Origin: Octopus sinensis | Taxonomy: Eukaryota | Assembly (NCBI RefSeq): GCF_006345805.1 | Contig: NC_043003.1 | Span: 72,540,001-72,604,000 of the forward strand | Direction of reading: 5' to 3' | DNA: 64,000 nucleotides | Part shown: positions 1-11,229 of the stretch, in pieces | Layout: each line of letters begins with the position of its first letter | Numbering within the stretch: position 1 is the first letter of the stretch | Translations under genes and position numbers: made by a program | Notes under the pieces: model-generated | Told to the model about the DNA's origin: nothing | What the model saw: the letters and a program-made list of their open reading frames with translations, nothing else | The model's database searches: none

Positions 1-200
1 GCTGGCAGATAGTTAGCACGCCGGACGAAATGCTTAGCGGTATTTCACCCGTCGCTACGTTCTGACTTCAAATTCCGCCGAGGTTGACTTTGCCTTTCAT
101 CCTTCCGGGGTCGATAAAATAAGTACCAATTGAACAACGTGGTCGATGTAATCGACTCATCCCCATCTCCCACAAGCTGCCCTTGTGGCAAAAATTAGAA
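1..200 (+). mobile_element. SINE family B copy, truncated by the window edge, with (AAT)n tail
   Basis: GCTGGCAGA..TTAGCACGCCGG..GTTCTGACTTCAAATTCCGCCGAGGTTGACTTTGCCTTTCATCC core recurs at 650, 5787 and 47816. Confidence 0.8.
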
Positions 201-224
201 GTAGTAACAATAATAATAATAATA

Positions 225-259
<35 letters not shown>

Positions 260-278
260 TTATTATTATTATTATTAC

Positions 279-322
<44 letters not shown>

Positions 323-354
323 TATTATTATTATTATCATTATTATTATTATAT

Positions 355-590
355 GTTTGACTTTTGCTTTATGTTTGTACAAGTTGGCTCCAAGTCTCAC
401 CCAGAGACCTCAAGAGACAACAGGTTGGAAGTTCACGTTGTTGTTATGCCTAGTGTGCCATATATTTGGGGTTTTTTTGGTGTTGTACTAGTGAATGTCT
501 AATAAATAATTTTAAAAAAAGTTTTGTTTTAAACCTTGAGATTACATAGAGAGTATTTTGTGTAGGATATGAGCAGTTCCCATAAGCACT
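355..590 (-). mobile_element. 5'-truncated R4/Dong-type non-LTR retrotransposon 3' end in (TAA)n
   Basis: Minus strand reads VLMGTAHILHKILSM*, the C-terminus typical of RLE-type R4/Dong ORFs, then a 3' UTR; both flanks are (TTA)n. Confidence 0.7.
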
Positions 591-649
591 ATTATTATTA
601 TCATTATTATTATTATTATTATTATTTATTATTATTATTATTATTATTA

Positions 650-861
650 AGGCGGCGAGCTGGCAGATAGTTAGCACGCCGGACGAAATGCTTAGCGGTA
701 TTTCACCGTCGCTACGTTCTGACTTCAAATTCCGCCGAGGTTGACTTTGCCTTTCATCCTTCCGGGGTCGATAAAATAAGTACCAATTGAACAACGTGGT
801 CGATGTAATCGACTCATCCCCATCTCCCACAAGCTGCCTTGTGGCAAAAATTAGAAGTAGT
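650..861 (+). mobile_element. SINE family B copy
   Basis: Near-identical to 1-200; begins GGCGGCGAGCTGGCAG and is followed by (AAT)n. Confidence 0.85.
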
Positions 862-864
862 AAC

Positions 865-913
<49 letters not shown>

Positions 914-932
914 TTATTATTATTATTATTAC

Positions 933-987
<55 letters not shown>

Positions 988-1536
988 GAGTGAGCGAGCA
1001 GAGCGTGCCATCAAAGTGAAACTGGGGTAAAAATATACAAAGCCCAGTATACCCATCATGACTACCCGTCTGATAAGGGTACACCAGGCACATGCATCAC
1101 AACCATATGTGCGCGACATGGTGATCTCATATCAAGATAAACAGCACATGACCTTGCAGGTGGAGCCCAGTTAGAATTTTCTTCAGATCGAGTAACCCAT
1201 CCCGCTCAAAAGGTCCCTGAATAAGGGTTGTTTAAGGACGTTGAACGAAACACACACGTTTCCAGAGGTGAATTATTCAAACCCCAAAGAATCCTTCTCA
1301 ACACATGGCTATGATGCTCCCCCACTACTTCTGCTCGTGATCAGAGATGCACATATCATCAGCCACTAAGGGACATGCTCAACTGGTTAAGGTCAAACAA
1401 CTGACAAGCAAATCTGTGGTATTGAGCAGAATATTTGCTGTAGCCCATCTTTTATACCAAGACAAAACAATGTAACACTTCCAATCAGTTAAGATCAGAA
1501 GCCATGAGAGCCACTGCCTGGTACTACATCAGGGCA
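988..1536 (-). mobile_element. ~550-bp non-coding interspersed element flanked by (TTA)n
   Basis: Second diverged copy at 49115-49577 has the same left boundary (TTA)n-TTGAGTGAG; no convincing ORF; orientation inferred from the fixed boundary. Confidence 0.7.
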
Positions 1537-1560
1537 TTATTATTATTATTATTATTATTA

Positions 1561-1820
1561 TCATATTTTTGACTCTTGCTTTGTATTTGTATAAGTTGAC
1601 TCTAAGTCTCACCCAGAGACTTCAAGAGACAACTTAGAAGCTCATGTTGGTGTTAAGCCCGGAGTATCATATGTTTGGTTTAGCACATAGTATTGTTCTA
1701 GAGAATGTATAAGAAAACAAGAAAATTATGAGTTTGTTTTAAAATCTGAGATTTCGTAGACAGTATTTTACATAGGATATGGGCAGTTCCCATGAGCACT
1801 ATCTTTTGAATTTCTGCTAT
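1561..1820 (-). mobile_element. 5'-truncated R4/Dong-type 3' end
   Basis: Minus strand reads IAEIQKIVLMGTAHILCKILS; 3' UTR homologous to 355-590; abuts (TTA)n. Confidence 0.7.
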
Positions 1821-2001
1821 GTGGTAAGTAGCTTGCTTACCAACTACATCTTTCCGGATTCAGTCCCACTGTGTGGTACCTTGGGCTAGTGTCTTCTACT
1901 ATAGCCCTCGGGCCGACCAAAGACTTGTGAATGGATTTGGTAGACAGAAACAGGAAGAAGCCCGTCGTGTGCGTGTGCGCGCGTGTGTGTGTGTGCGCGC
2001 G

Positions 2002-2048
<47 letters not shown>

Positions 2049-2250
2049 CTGTGTTTGTCCTTCCAACATCACTTGACAACGAACGCTAGTGTGTTTACGT
2101 ACCTGTAACTTAGCAGTTCGGCAAAAGATACTGATAGAATAAGTACTAGGCTTACAAAGAATAAGTCTTGGGGTCGATTTGCTCGACTAAAGGCAGTGCT
2201 CCAGCACCGCCGGAGTCACATGACTGAAACAATGAAAAGAATAAAGAGTA
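1821..2250 (+). mobile_element. SINE family A (tRNA-head, internal microsatellite)
   Basis: GTGGTAAGTAGCTTGCTTACC..TTCAGTCCCACTG head, (GT)n middle and CAGTCA..TGACTGAAACAA-type tail match the other copies in the window. Confidence 0.8.
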
Positions 2251-2258
2251 AATGTATG

Positions 2259-2291
<33 letters not shown>

Positions 2292-2329
2292 TATATATGA
2301 AAGAAGGTTTGAAAATGCAGTCTTAAAAG

Positions 2330-3330
2330 GTCTTTATTCACTTGACCGGTTTCACTTTTTTAGAAAAAGATTGTCAAAAGTAAAATGTAAAAGCTTTGTA
2401 AAACCTTTTTTGTGTTAAATACTTGTTGTCACAAAATATTACAATACATATATACATTCTTATATGATAATAATAAGAAAAATGTTAAAACAGTTTACAA
2501 GGGAAAATCTTGAGAAAATATTAAAAAGTTCATTGAAAATATTAGGATTTCATTTAAAATCATGTTTGTTTGGAAGTATCTATATATATACATAGAAAAT
2601 TATAAGTTCAAAAAGGTCATATTTTGGTGGGGATATATTTAGGAGTTTACAAAGAATTTTTGATAAACTGACCTGTTTTACCAATTTTTAGTTTTGTGTG
2701 AAGCGAAATAAAGGCTGATTCTATTTTACGGGATAGTGTGGGACGTTGGTTTGGGTGGGGGAAGGAGGAGCAATGTGGGATTGAAAAGAATTTTTTGTTG
2801 TTTCTCTTTAGTCTTTCACGGTTCAGTGGTTTTTGGGACTGGCCTGAGAGGTCAGAATGGTGTGAGTGTGTGAGATAGATGGCACTTAAGAATTAGCTCT
2901 GATCTTGTGTTTATAAAGTATATCATTGTTATCTTTCACCTATGTAACATCTTTGTTGAAAATCAGTGGTATTGCTTTCAAGCCATTACTATTACAATGT
3001 CTCATTCCCAATTTCCAAGTATTTTAGAAGTAAGCTTTGAAAATCGGTGGGTAGAATTCGATAATACTGAACTCATTGAATGAGCATCTATTTTTATCAC
3101 TAATGTTGTTCAACCAGTTAACTACTGAGCTATTGTTATTCTATAGCCCTAATTTACTAATCTTTCTACTTTTAACATTTTCTAAGTCATCGAGATTTTT
3201 ATTCAGTTGGGCAGTTCCGATTCTCTTTTTATTTCGAATGTGCCAATTGGAAGCTTTATGCATGTGCGATGCCTACTTATTCTTTTGATACTGATTTCCA
3301 ATCTGCTAAGCGAAATAACTCAGGGTGGAC
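2330..3330 (-). mobile_element. Decayed Penelope-like element remnant
   Basis: A minus frame reads VVNWLNNISDKNRCSFNEFSIIEFYPPI, resembling the PLE RT motif; degenerate HHR at 2340-2381 in the 3' region. Confidence 0.5.
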
Positions 3331-4200
3331 AGTGGCAAAATTAATGAGGGTATATTAAATAACATACAATATAAATTCATGATATATTGAATTTATCTCC
3401 TCTTCAAAGGGGGTTAGATCAATCGCTCGATGGTTGTTGGTACCAATACCAAATGGTAAGGAGAGGTAACCTCAAAAGGCAAGAATTCTCAAAAACTGAA
3501 TGCCATCAAGAAAAAGATAGTTTGAATTTCAGAGAAAAGGAGGACAGTGGGGTGTACATACCTCTGCTCCAATATGCACCCTCAGCACTGCATATATCCA
3601 TCAGGCAAGAAACTTGGATATATACAACAAGCGGAATACATTAATAGCCTTGGAAATTTGAATGTGAGGAAACCGAAATAATTCAGGCTGCCTTGTGCCA
3701 TATGCATATATGCATGTGTGTGTGTGTGTGTGTGTGTGTTTGCGTGCGTGCGTGCGTGTATGTGTGTGTGAGCATATAAATCCCCGTGCTGAAGGAGCTG
3801 AGGTGTATTGGTATGAAGACGCTGGAATAACTGTCTGTAGTACCGATGAGTTTAATGAAAGTGGTAGACGGTGAAGGTGGTGATGGTGGTGTATGAGATG
3901 GTGATGACGACGATGACGACGACGACAACGGCGATGATGAAAATGACAAGTAGATGACATGGAGTGGCAGGAAAAAGTGACATTAAAATAGCATTGTTGA
4001 ATACTTTGTCAAGATTTTCATTGCTATCAATAAATACAATTCATTCTTTCCTTTCTTCTCTCTTATATTTTGCGCTATATTTATGTGAGTGTTTGTCTCT
4101 GTGTATATATATAATTGTGTCTGCATGTATGTATATGTGTGTATATGTGTGTATACATATGTGTGCGTGTGTACATATGTATACATATATGTGGATGTAT

Positions 4201-4557
4201 ATTCTTTTATTCTTTTATTTGTTTCAGTCGTTTGACTGCGGCCATGTTGGACCACCACCTTTTAGTCGAATAAATCGACCCCGGTACTTATTCTATCGTT
4301 CTGTTTTACCTAACTGGTAACTTTCGGGGACGTAAATATACAGACATCGATTGTCAAGCGATGGTGAGGGGACAAACACAGACACTAAGACACATAAATA
4401 TATACATACACACATACTCATATAAATATATATATATATATATATGCGACGGGCTTCTTTCAGTCTCCGTCTATCAAATCCAGCCACAAGGCCTTGGTCG
4501 GCCCGGAACCATATGGTTGGGAAGCAAGCTTCTTACCACACAGTCACACCTGGGCCT
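4201..4557 (-). mobile_element. SINE family A
   Basis: Reverse-complement match to family A head and tail. Confidence 0.8.
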
Positions 4558-4947
4558 ATGTATGTGTATGTGTATATGTATACATATATATATATATTTA
4601 TTTTGGGGGGGAGAGAGAGAGTGAGTGAGAGAGCGCGAGAAATATACACCGTATAGATATATATACGGTCACACACGTATATCTATCACACACACGCACA
4701 CACACATATATGTATATATATGTATGATGTATGTATACCAATCCGATTTCCAAGTGGCTAAAAAGTGTCAGCAGTGTGCTCCAGGTATCACGACCTGGAT
4801 GATACGGCTCGGTCTGCTTAGAGTGTAAGAAGTTAAGGGCTTAAAAATTTGCCTGAGGTAAGTTTCTTCTCTGAAAACCTTATGCAGTTCAGCTCTCTTA
4901 AGAGTTTCTTACCACTATATATATATATTATATATATATATATATAT

Positions 4948-4991
<44 letters not shown>

Positions 4992-5786
4992 GTGTGTATG
5001 TGTATTAGTATGTATGTATTTTTATGTGTATATATGTCTATATGTTTCTTTGGGATTTATTTTTCTCCTTTGCAAAATTCAAATCGATCACTAACAAAAA
5101 GTGGCAATGCACTTTTGTTTAAGTTAAGACACCTGTGTGCATATGTGTGTGAATGTGAATGATTTGCACTCACGTAATAGGTATATACTGTACTGAGGTT
5201 CACAAGTGTTTGTACATCGTTGCTACTTTGTGTGTGCGCATCTATATTTCATATTAATATGTAATGATGTACCTGTAGTCAGAAATATCAAATGGAAGAC
5301 CCCTTGAATATTTTACGAATCTTCTTTGTACCACTAAACGATAGTTTGCTCTTGACTCTTTTGGGGAACACCAGCATTTCTAAGAATTTATGCAAATCCG
5401 CTGCTTCGTAGTCCAGTACACCTGCCATCAGAGGCAAAATTGAAAATCTATTATCTGGCAATAAGAGCTGTTCGTTTCTCATTAGTTCTTCATAGATGCT
5501 CTTTTTCCATAATTTTTTTTACTAGAAATTAATACCTTCTAGGCAACTATTCGTTACAACACATGACTTTTTCCCATTGTTTATGGAACAATATCCGGCA
5601 TGATGTGCTCACACCAATTTACTGCTTCTATTAGAATGTTTAACCGTTTTTTTCTTTTTAAATATGTGGATATATTTTGGTTCGGGTGTGCATTTGGTGT
5701 GGCCGTCAGGACAATCCTTCCTGCATATGGCATTGTAGCCGCTTTTAGCAACAATATCATGTTTCATGGGAAGGTAATGCCTTACT

Positions 5787-6021
5787 AATAAGGCGACGAG
5801 CTGGCAGAAGCGTTAGCACACCGGGCGAAATGCTCAGCGGTATTTCGTCTGCGGCTACATTCTGAGTTCAAATTCCGCCGAGGTCGACTTTGCCTTTCAT
5901 CCTTTCGGGGTCGATAAATTAAGTACCAGTTATGCACTGGGGTCGATATATTCGACTTAATCCATTTGTCTGTCCTTGTTCGTCCCCTCTGTGTTTAGCC
6001 CCTTGTGAGTAGTAAAGAAAT
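5787..6021 (+). mobile_element. SINE family B with 15-bp TSD
   Basis: AGGTAATGCCTTACT at 5772-5786 and 6022-6036 flanks the element. Confidence 0.9.
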
Positions 6022-6479
6022 AGGTAATGCCTTACTGACAATTTCAACAGCTTGATTATGTAGTGAGTGAGTAAGATAGTTGACTATTCGCTATCTGATT
6101 TTTTTTCTTGTTTTTGAAATGTAAAATGGAAGTTTGAAAAAAATTCTTATCGTTGTACTTTCGTTTAGAAACCTTTGTGAACGACACTTGCAAAAACGGC
6201 TGCTTCAAGCCCACGCTTTTGAATTCAATTGTGCTTCTCGTGTTAATATTATTATAAAAACATCATAAACGCTATACAATTGAAGTCATGAAACTGCGCT
6301 ACTGTTTAAGCAATGTTTTACAAAATTATAGTTTTAATTAATACTTTTAATTAATGTTGGATTTTTTTAAATAATAAGTCTATACATGTCAATATATATG
6401 CATTTGCTTTGATCCATGCAAAATGGACATCTGCATACACACATTGTTCTTAAATGTATTAATTAAAATGATGTATCGC

Positions 6480-6860
6480 CGTGAGAATATACCACCAGCA
6501 TTGTCCAAGGCTAAGACCTCGGGCCATACGTCCCATGCCCAATTCAGGATCACAACACATAAATACACTGCAACACAATATCTTTTCCTCAAAAGGCCCT
6601 GCCCTATTTAACAATGTCCCGAAACAGATCAAAGAGGAAAAAGATCCCATCATCTTTAAACGGAATCTGTACAAATTTTTTCAAGGAATACCAGATAAGC
6701 CGCCTATACCTGGATACAACTCACTCAACAAGAACTTCCTACTCAAACGCACCATGATACCACAGAACTTGACTTAAAACGGATTTAGCTCATCCTGTCA
6801 GGTGGTGCTATTAAGTTAGACATAGCCTGGACCAATATTTGGTCGAAACATATCTAAGTT
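6480..6860 (+). mobile_element. CR1/L2-group LINE 3' fragment
   Basis: FSSKGPALFNNVPKQIKEEKDPIIFKRNLYKFFQGIPDKP resembles the C-terminus of CR1-group RT ORFs; homologous to the end of 26325-26965. Confidence 0.65.
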
Positions 6861-6868
6861 ATCTAAGT

Positions 6869-6908
<40 letters not shown>

Positions 6909-7007
6909 TACACACAAACACTGCGTACTCTCTTGGACATATGCGTACGTGCGTGTTGTGTACAAAGTGCGCTCAGATTTTGAAAATGTCAGTCATTGCT
7001 CTACATA

Positions 7008-7010
7008 TGA

Positions 7011-7082
<72 letters not shown>

Positions 7083-7115
7083 CTAGATAGGTAGATAGAT
7101 AGATAGATAGATAGC

Positions 7116-7208
<93 letters not shown>
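7008..7208. repeat. (GATA)n microsatellite
   Basis: About 200 bp of near-perfect GATA units. Confidence 0.95.
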
Positions 7209-7209
<1 letters not shown>

Positions 7210-7286
7210 TACATGTATAATATAAATGCGTGCGCTCGTGTGCGCACACATGTGCTCGTGCATATACGTTCTATGTTGTCATATAA

Positions 7287-7530
7287 CAGGGGTGGGCGAA
7301 CTTTTTTGATCGCGGGCCGCCAGTACGTCTTTGGAACCTTGGCGGGCCCTTTATAAAAATCAAGTGAAAACTATTGTGAATTACCGTACAACTGAAACAG
7401 TTACGAAGTATCTCATAGAAGTTGGGATTCATAAAAGCTCTCGGCGGGCCGCATGAAAACCTATGGCGGGCCGCATGAAAACCTATGGCGGGCCGCATGC
7501 GGCCCGAGGGCCATAGTTTGCCCACCCCTG
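7287..7530. mobile_element. hAT-type MITE
   Basis: TIRs CAGGGGTGGGCGAACT / AGTTTGCCCACCCCTG; 8-bp TSD TCATATAA at 7279-7286 and 7531-7538. Confidence 0.9.
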
Positions 7531-8011
7531 TCATATAATCATGAATTACTTCTTGGTTTAGATCAGTTAAGAGCGACCTGCGGCCGTGGAACGTTAGTCA
7601 TGGCAGCCTCACAAAAAATTACTTTAAATTATTTAGTAGTAGTACGGCCCGCTTGATAATGATCCACGTCTCATGCGGATCGCTTCTCGATAAAAGACTG
7701 TGCTCAATGCTAAGATTCAATATAACTGAAAGTCTTTTGAAATTGAAACCGTTTTTATTTTCTTTCTTTTTCTCCTTCCTTTTCTCCCTTTCTCTCTTAC
7801 CCTTTCCTAACTATCTTTCTTTGTTTCTATCAACCTACCAGTCTGCATGTCTGTCTATCCCTCTATCTATATATACATCTATCTGCTTTTATGTGCTTCC
7901 ATTCACACAACTCACTCTTTTGCAAAATAGACGAAAGTAAAAATAACTGAGGTAGATTTTCTCCAATTTTTATGAATATTTAAGGATATGTGTGTGTATG
8001 TGTGTATATGT

Positions 8012-8222
8012 TTGTGTGTCAGTGTTTGTCGCCCCAACATCGCTTGACAACCGATGCTGGTGTTTTTGCGCCCCTGTAACTTAGCGATTCGGCAAAAGAA
8101 ACCGATAGAATAAGTACTAGGCTTACATAGAATAAGCTCTGGGGTCGATTTGCTCGATTAAAGGCAGTGCTCCAGCATGGCCGCAGTCAAATGACTGAAA
8201 CGAGTAAAAGAAATGAAAGAAT
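8012..8222 (+). mobile_element. SINE family A, 3' half
   Basis: CATCGCTTGACAACCGATGCTGG..CAGTCAAATGACTGAAAC tail. Confidence 0.8.
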
Positions 8223-8362
8223 TATAGGATATTCACAGTTGGCCTGAGAGATAGGCTGCCATACGTCTGTCTAAGGAGTGCAGGGTTCGTATCACACCAT
8301 AGTGATTATACAGTGCTACTCTGTTGCACAGTGTTCTATTGCTAGAGTACTCAATTATTAAT

Positions 8363-8758
8363 ATACTAGCAGTATCGCCCGGCGTTGCTCGGGTTTGTAA
8401 GGGAAATAACTATATAAGCATTTTTAGAGAGTTCTAGCCAAAAAATAGCAAAAAAATGCATTAAAAATGGAAAAAAAAATGATGGTAAATTTTTTTTTAA
8501 ATCGTTGACTCATCGTAGACATTTTTAGAGAGTTACTTCCCTTATATAATAGCGAAAAAATGCATGAAAATGAAAAAAATTATGGTAATTTTTTTTTAAT
8601 CGTAGACTCATCGTAGACGCGCGCTAATACCCAGAAGGGCTCGATATGAATCACGACTATAAGATACCCGGTTTTGGTTAAACTGCACCGCAAAATGTGG
8701 GAGTAGTTAGGAATCTAAATCGTAGGAGACAGACACACAACTTCACTTTTATATATAA
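8363..8758 (+). mobile_element. Non-autonomous Helitron/Helentron-like element
   Basis: Starts TACTAGCAGTATCGCCCGGCGTTGCTCGGG and ends GGAGTAGTTAGG..AGACAGACAC..TTTATATATA, like Lep1/DINE-type rolling-circle elements. Confidence 0.5.
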
Positions 8759-9152
8759 AAATTTCAGTTTAAGTAGTTGCAAATACATATCGCTTTTCCT
8801 GGAATAGGTCAAGACTCCCAGCATGGCGATAGGTGTATAATTTCATAGGATTTACAGTAGCGTCCAGTGGTATATTCAACTCTTCACATCAACGAATAGT
8901 TTCGAAGACAAACGAAGAGATGCCACCTGTTAGCATGACATGCATACACATATTTACACACACACACACACACACATTTGTCGTCACGTTTTCTTTTGTT
9001 CCTTTAATCGTTTCGTCTTTCTATCTTAAAGTTCGAAACGTCAAAGGTATATCCACATTATTGGGCGTCAAACTAATTACACCTCACTTTCAATTCGTTT
9101 CTGTGTATTATTCCCGTTGTCAAGTTTCTGCCTCTCTCTCTCTCCCTCCCTT

Positions 9153-9183
<31 letters not shown>

Positions 9184-9271
9184 GATGCGTTTTATAACTA
9201 TGCGATGATATCTAGTGTTAAATATTTTATTTTGGAGACTTAGTGCGAAGAAATGCACATAGCTACTTTAT

Positions 9272-9319
<48 letters not shown>

Positions 9320-9364
9320 ATAATATATATATATACATACATATATATACACATACATATATAC

Positions 9365-9438
<74 letters not shown>

Positions 9439-9439
<1 letters not shown>

Positions 9440-10183
9440 TACGTTATATAATTAGGGTTCAGTAAAATAATTTACTTTACCACACACTGAAACTTTTAGA
9501 AATAGCAGCCAAAAAGTTTTTTTAGCTATTTCTTCTACTATAAGAAAAGTCTCCCAGATAGTGTTTACTCAAAAATAATTCACGCAGACATGGAGGGAAA
9601 AATAACAAATTATCACATGTACAAAGATCATTTGAGAACGTTACGTTTCTGGATTAGTTGAATTTAAAACTCAACACTTCCTTCGTCAGCTCAACATTTC
9701 TTATATTTGGATTTGAGAGCACTAAAAATCTAACATACCCGTCTGATATGAGTAATCTCAGACAAACCATCTTCAACTGCCAGTACCAGCAAATTCAAAA
9801 AGTACGAATGAGGCTCTGCATTCCTCCCGCTTCCATCCACGTGAGTTATAGTAGAAGAAATAACTAAAAAAAACTTTTTGGCTGCTATTTCTAAAAGTTT
9901 AAGTGTGTGGTAAAGTAAATTATTTTACTGAGCCCTAATTATATAACGTAATATTTTGAATATACCTTAAATGGTCCTTTTACATACTGAACACTACTTG
10001 GTGAAATTAATTAATAATTAATTGATTTTACCCTTTTATTATTGGTAATACAATTTCTCTCTCCCTGTTTTTACTACGGTTCTCACTGTAAAAATTTGTT
10101 TACTCTATAACTCACGTGGATAGAAGCGGGAGGAATGCAGAGCCTCATTCGTACTTTTTGAATTTGCTAGTACTGGCAGTTGA
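9439..10183. mobile_element. Fold-back non-coding element with two inverted-repeat pairs and an internal HHR
   Basis: IR A: 9439-9543 vs 9846-9951. IR B: 9773-9852 vs 10105-10183. Left end abuts (TA)n. Confidence 0.75.
9632..9694 (-). ncRNA. Type I hammerhead ribozyme (near-intact)
   Basis: Minus strand: UUGAG-CUGACGA-AGGAAGUGUUGAG(UUUUAAA)UUCAACUAAUCCA-GAAAC-GUAAC-GUU-CUCAA; 5-bp stem I; stem II first pair is an A.A mismatch. Confidence 0.7.
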
Positions 10184-10273
10184 CGCACGTGTTGACGTTT
10201 TGTATGGTCTAATCCTGTTTTAAAGATGTGCTATTCTTCATTCTAGTTAATGTCTTTTCAATACACACACACA

Positions 10274-10503
10274 TGTAGAGCACTGCTCAAAGATTTATGA
10301 CAGTCGAACTGTAGACAGGAACTTCGCTGCGGGCTAGCTAGAGAGCTGGTCTGCGGCAAAATTGATTTCCGGTTAAGCGGGATTCTATGAAGCAGGAGTT
10401 GACTGGCGGCAGTCGCCCTCATGTATTTAACAGAATAAATCTTTCACTGACACATTCTGGGTCTCCGTTAAGTTTTTGTGTACAGCTTAACTAAAGCCGT
10501 AAC
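10274..10503 (+). repeat. Gypsy 5' LTR
   Basis: Starts TGTAG, contains AATAAA and is followed directly by the PBS; aligns with 13252-13441. Confidence 0.75.
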
Positions 10504-10505
10504 TG

Positions 10506-11120
10506 GTGACCTCACAGAAGAACAACAGCTTTCGCTTCACCGATCAAAGTAAACAGAAAATCAACAGCTCTGAATCTACCACAATTCTGGCCGAACTATG
10601 GTTCGCGTGGGCGAGAGCACAATTTAACATACGCAAAATAACTTTAGACCAAACGAAATATTCGCACGTAGTAGCGGCACTAGATGAGAACACAGCAACG
10701 AGGGTGCTGGACATTTTAACCCAATCCCCAACAACACACAAATACACCACGTTAAAAGACAGGCTGGTGGAGCGACCGAGAAACGGCAGCCAAGATACTA
10801 GAGGAAGAATTAGGAGATTTCAAACCTTCAGAGTTGACGGAGAAGCTGTTGCCATTAGTTCACTCGGTGAGTCACCTTTCTTTTTGTTTAGGAAAATATT
10901 CCTCCACAAGTTACCACTCCAGATCCAGGCCCTCATAACTCAGACCGAGATCAAGGACCTGCGGCAGTTAGCGAAAGCAGCCGACAAACATTTTTATTCA
11001 GTTGTGTTATGGTCAACGGTATAGGGTTGGCCCCGAGACATGGTAGAGTTAAGCAAGACGACCTCTGCTTCTACCACACAAAGTTCGGGGAAAATACTGC
11101 GAAGTGCAAACGACCATGTA
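10506..11120 (+). pseudogene. Gypsy gag remnant
   Basis: WFAWARAQFNIRKITLDQTKYSHVVAALD.. and CFYHTKFGENTAKCKRPCNF. Confidence 0.75.
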
Positions 11121-11229
11121 ACTTCAGGGACCCTTGGCCATCGACGCCCGGAAAACTCCAGGGCCGGCTGCCATTGAATACCCTGGTGGCCAGCAGACAC
11201 GATCAACTGCTCCTCTATGTCTGCAATCG

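Noticed and set aside
4740-4863. Perfect GAG|GTAAGT donor suggesting a plus-strand exon
   Set aside because: No clear acceptor, coding signal or partner exon
5288-5785. Non-repetitive minus-strand reading frames (MRNEQLLLPDNRF..)
   Set aside because: No recognisable domain, frames are broken and there are no convincing splice sites
6826-6860. GACCAA-TAT-TTGGTC-GAAAC hairpin after the CR1 3' end as an HHR
   Set aside because: It lacks the CUGANGA core and a valid NUH/stem III
9439-9951. Initial call as a simple Tc1/mariner MITE
   Set aside because: The internal HHR and second interleaved inversion fit a PLE-derived fold-back better; kept only as an alternative
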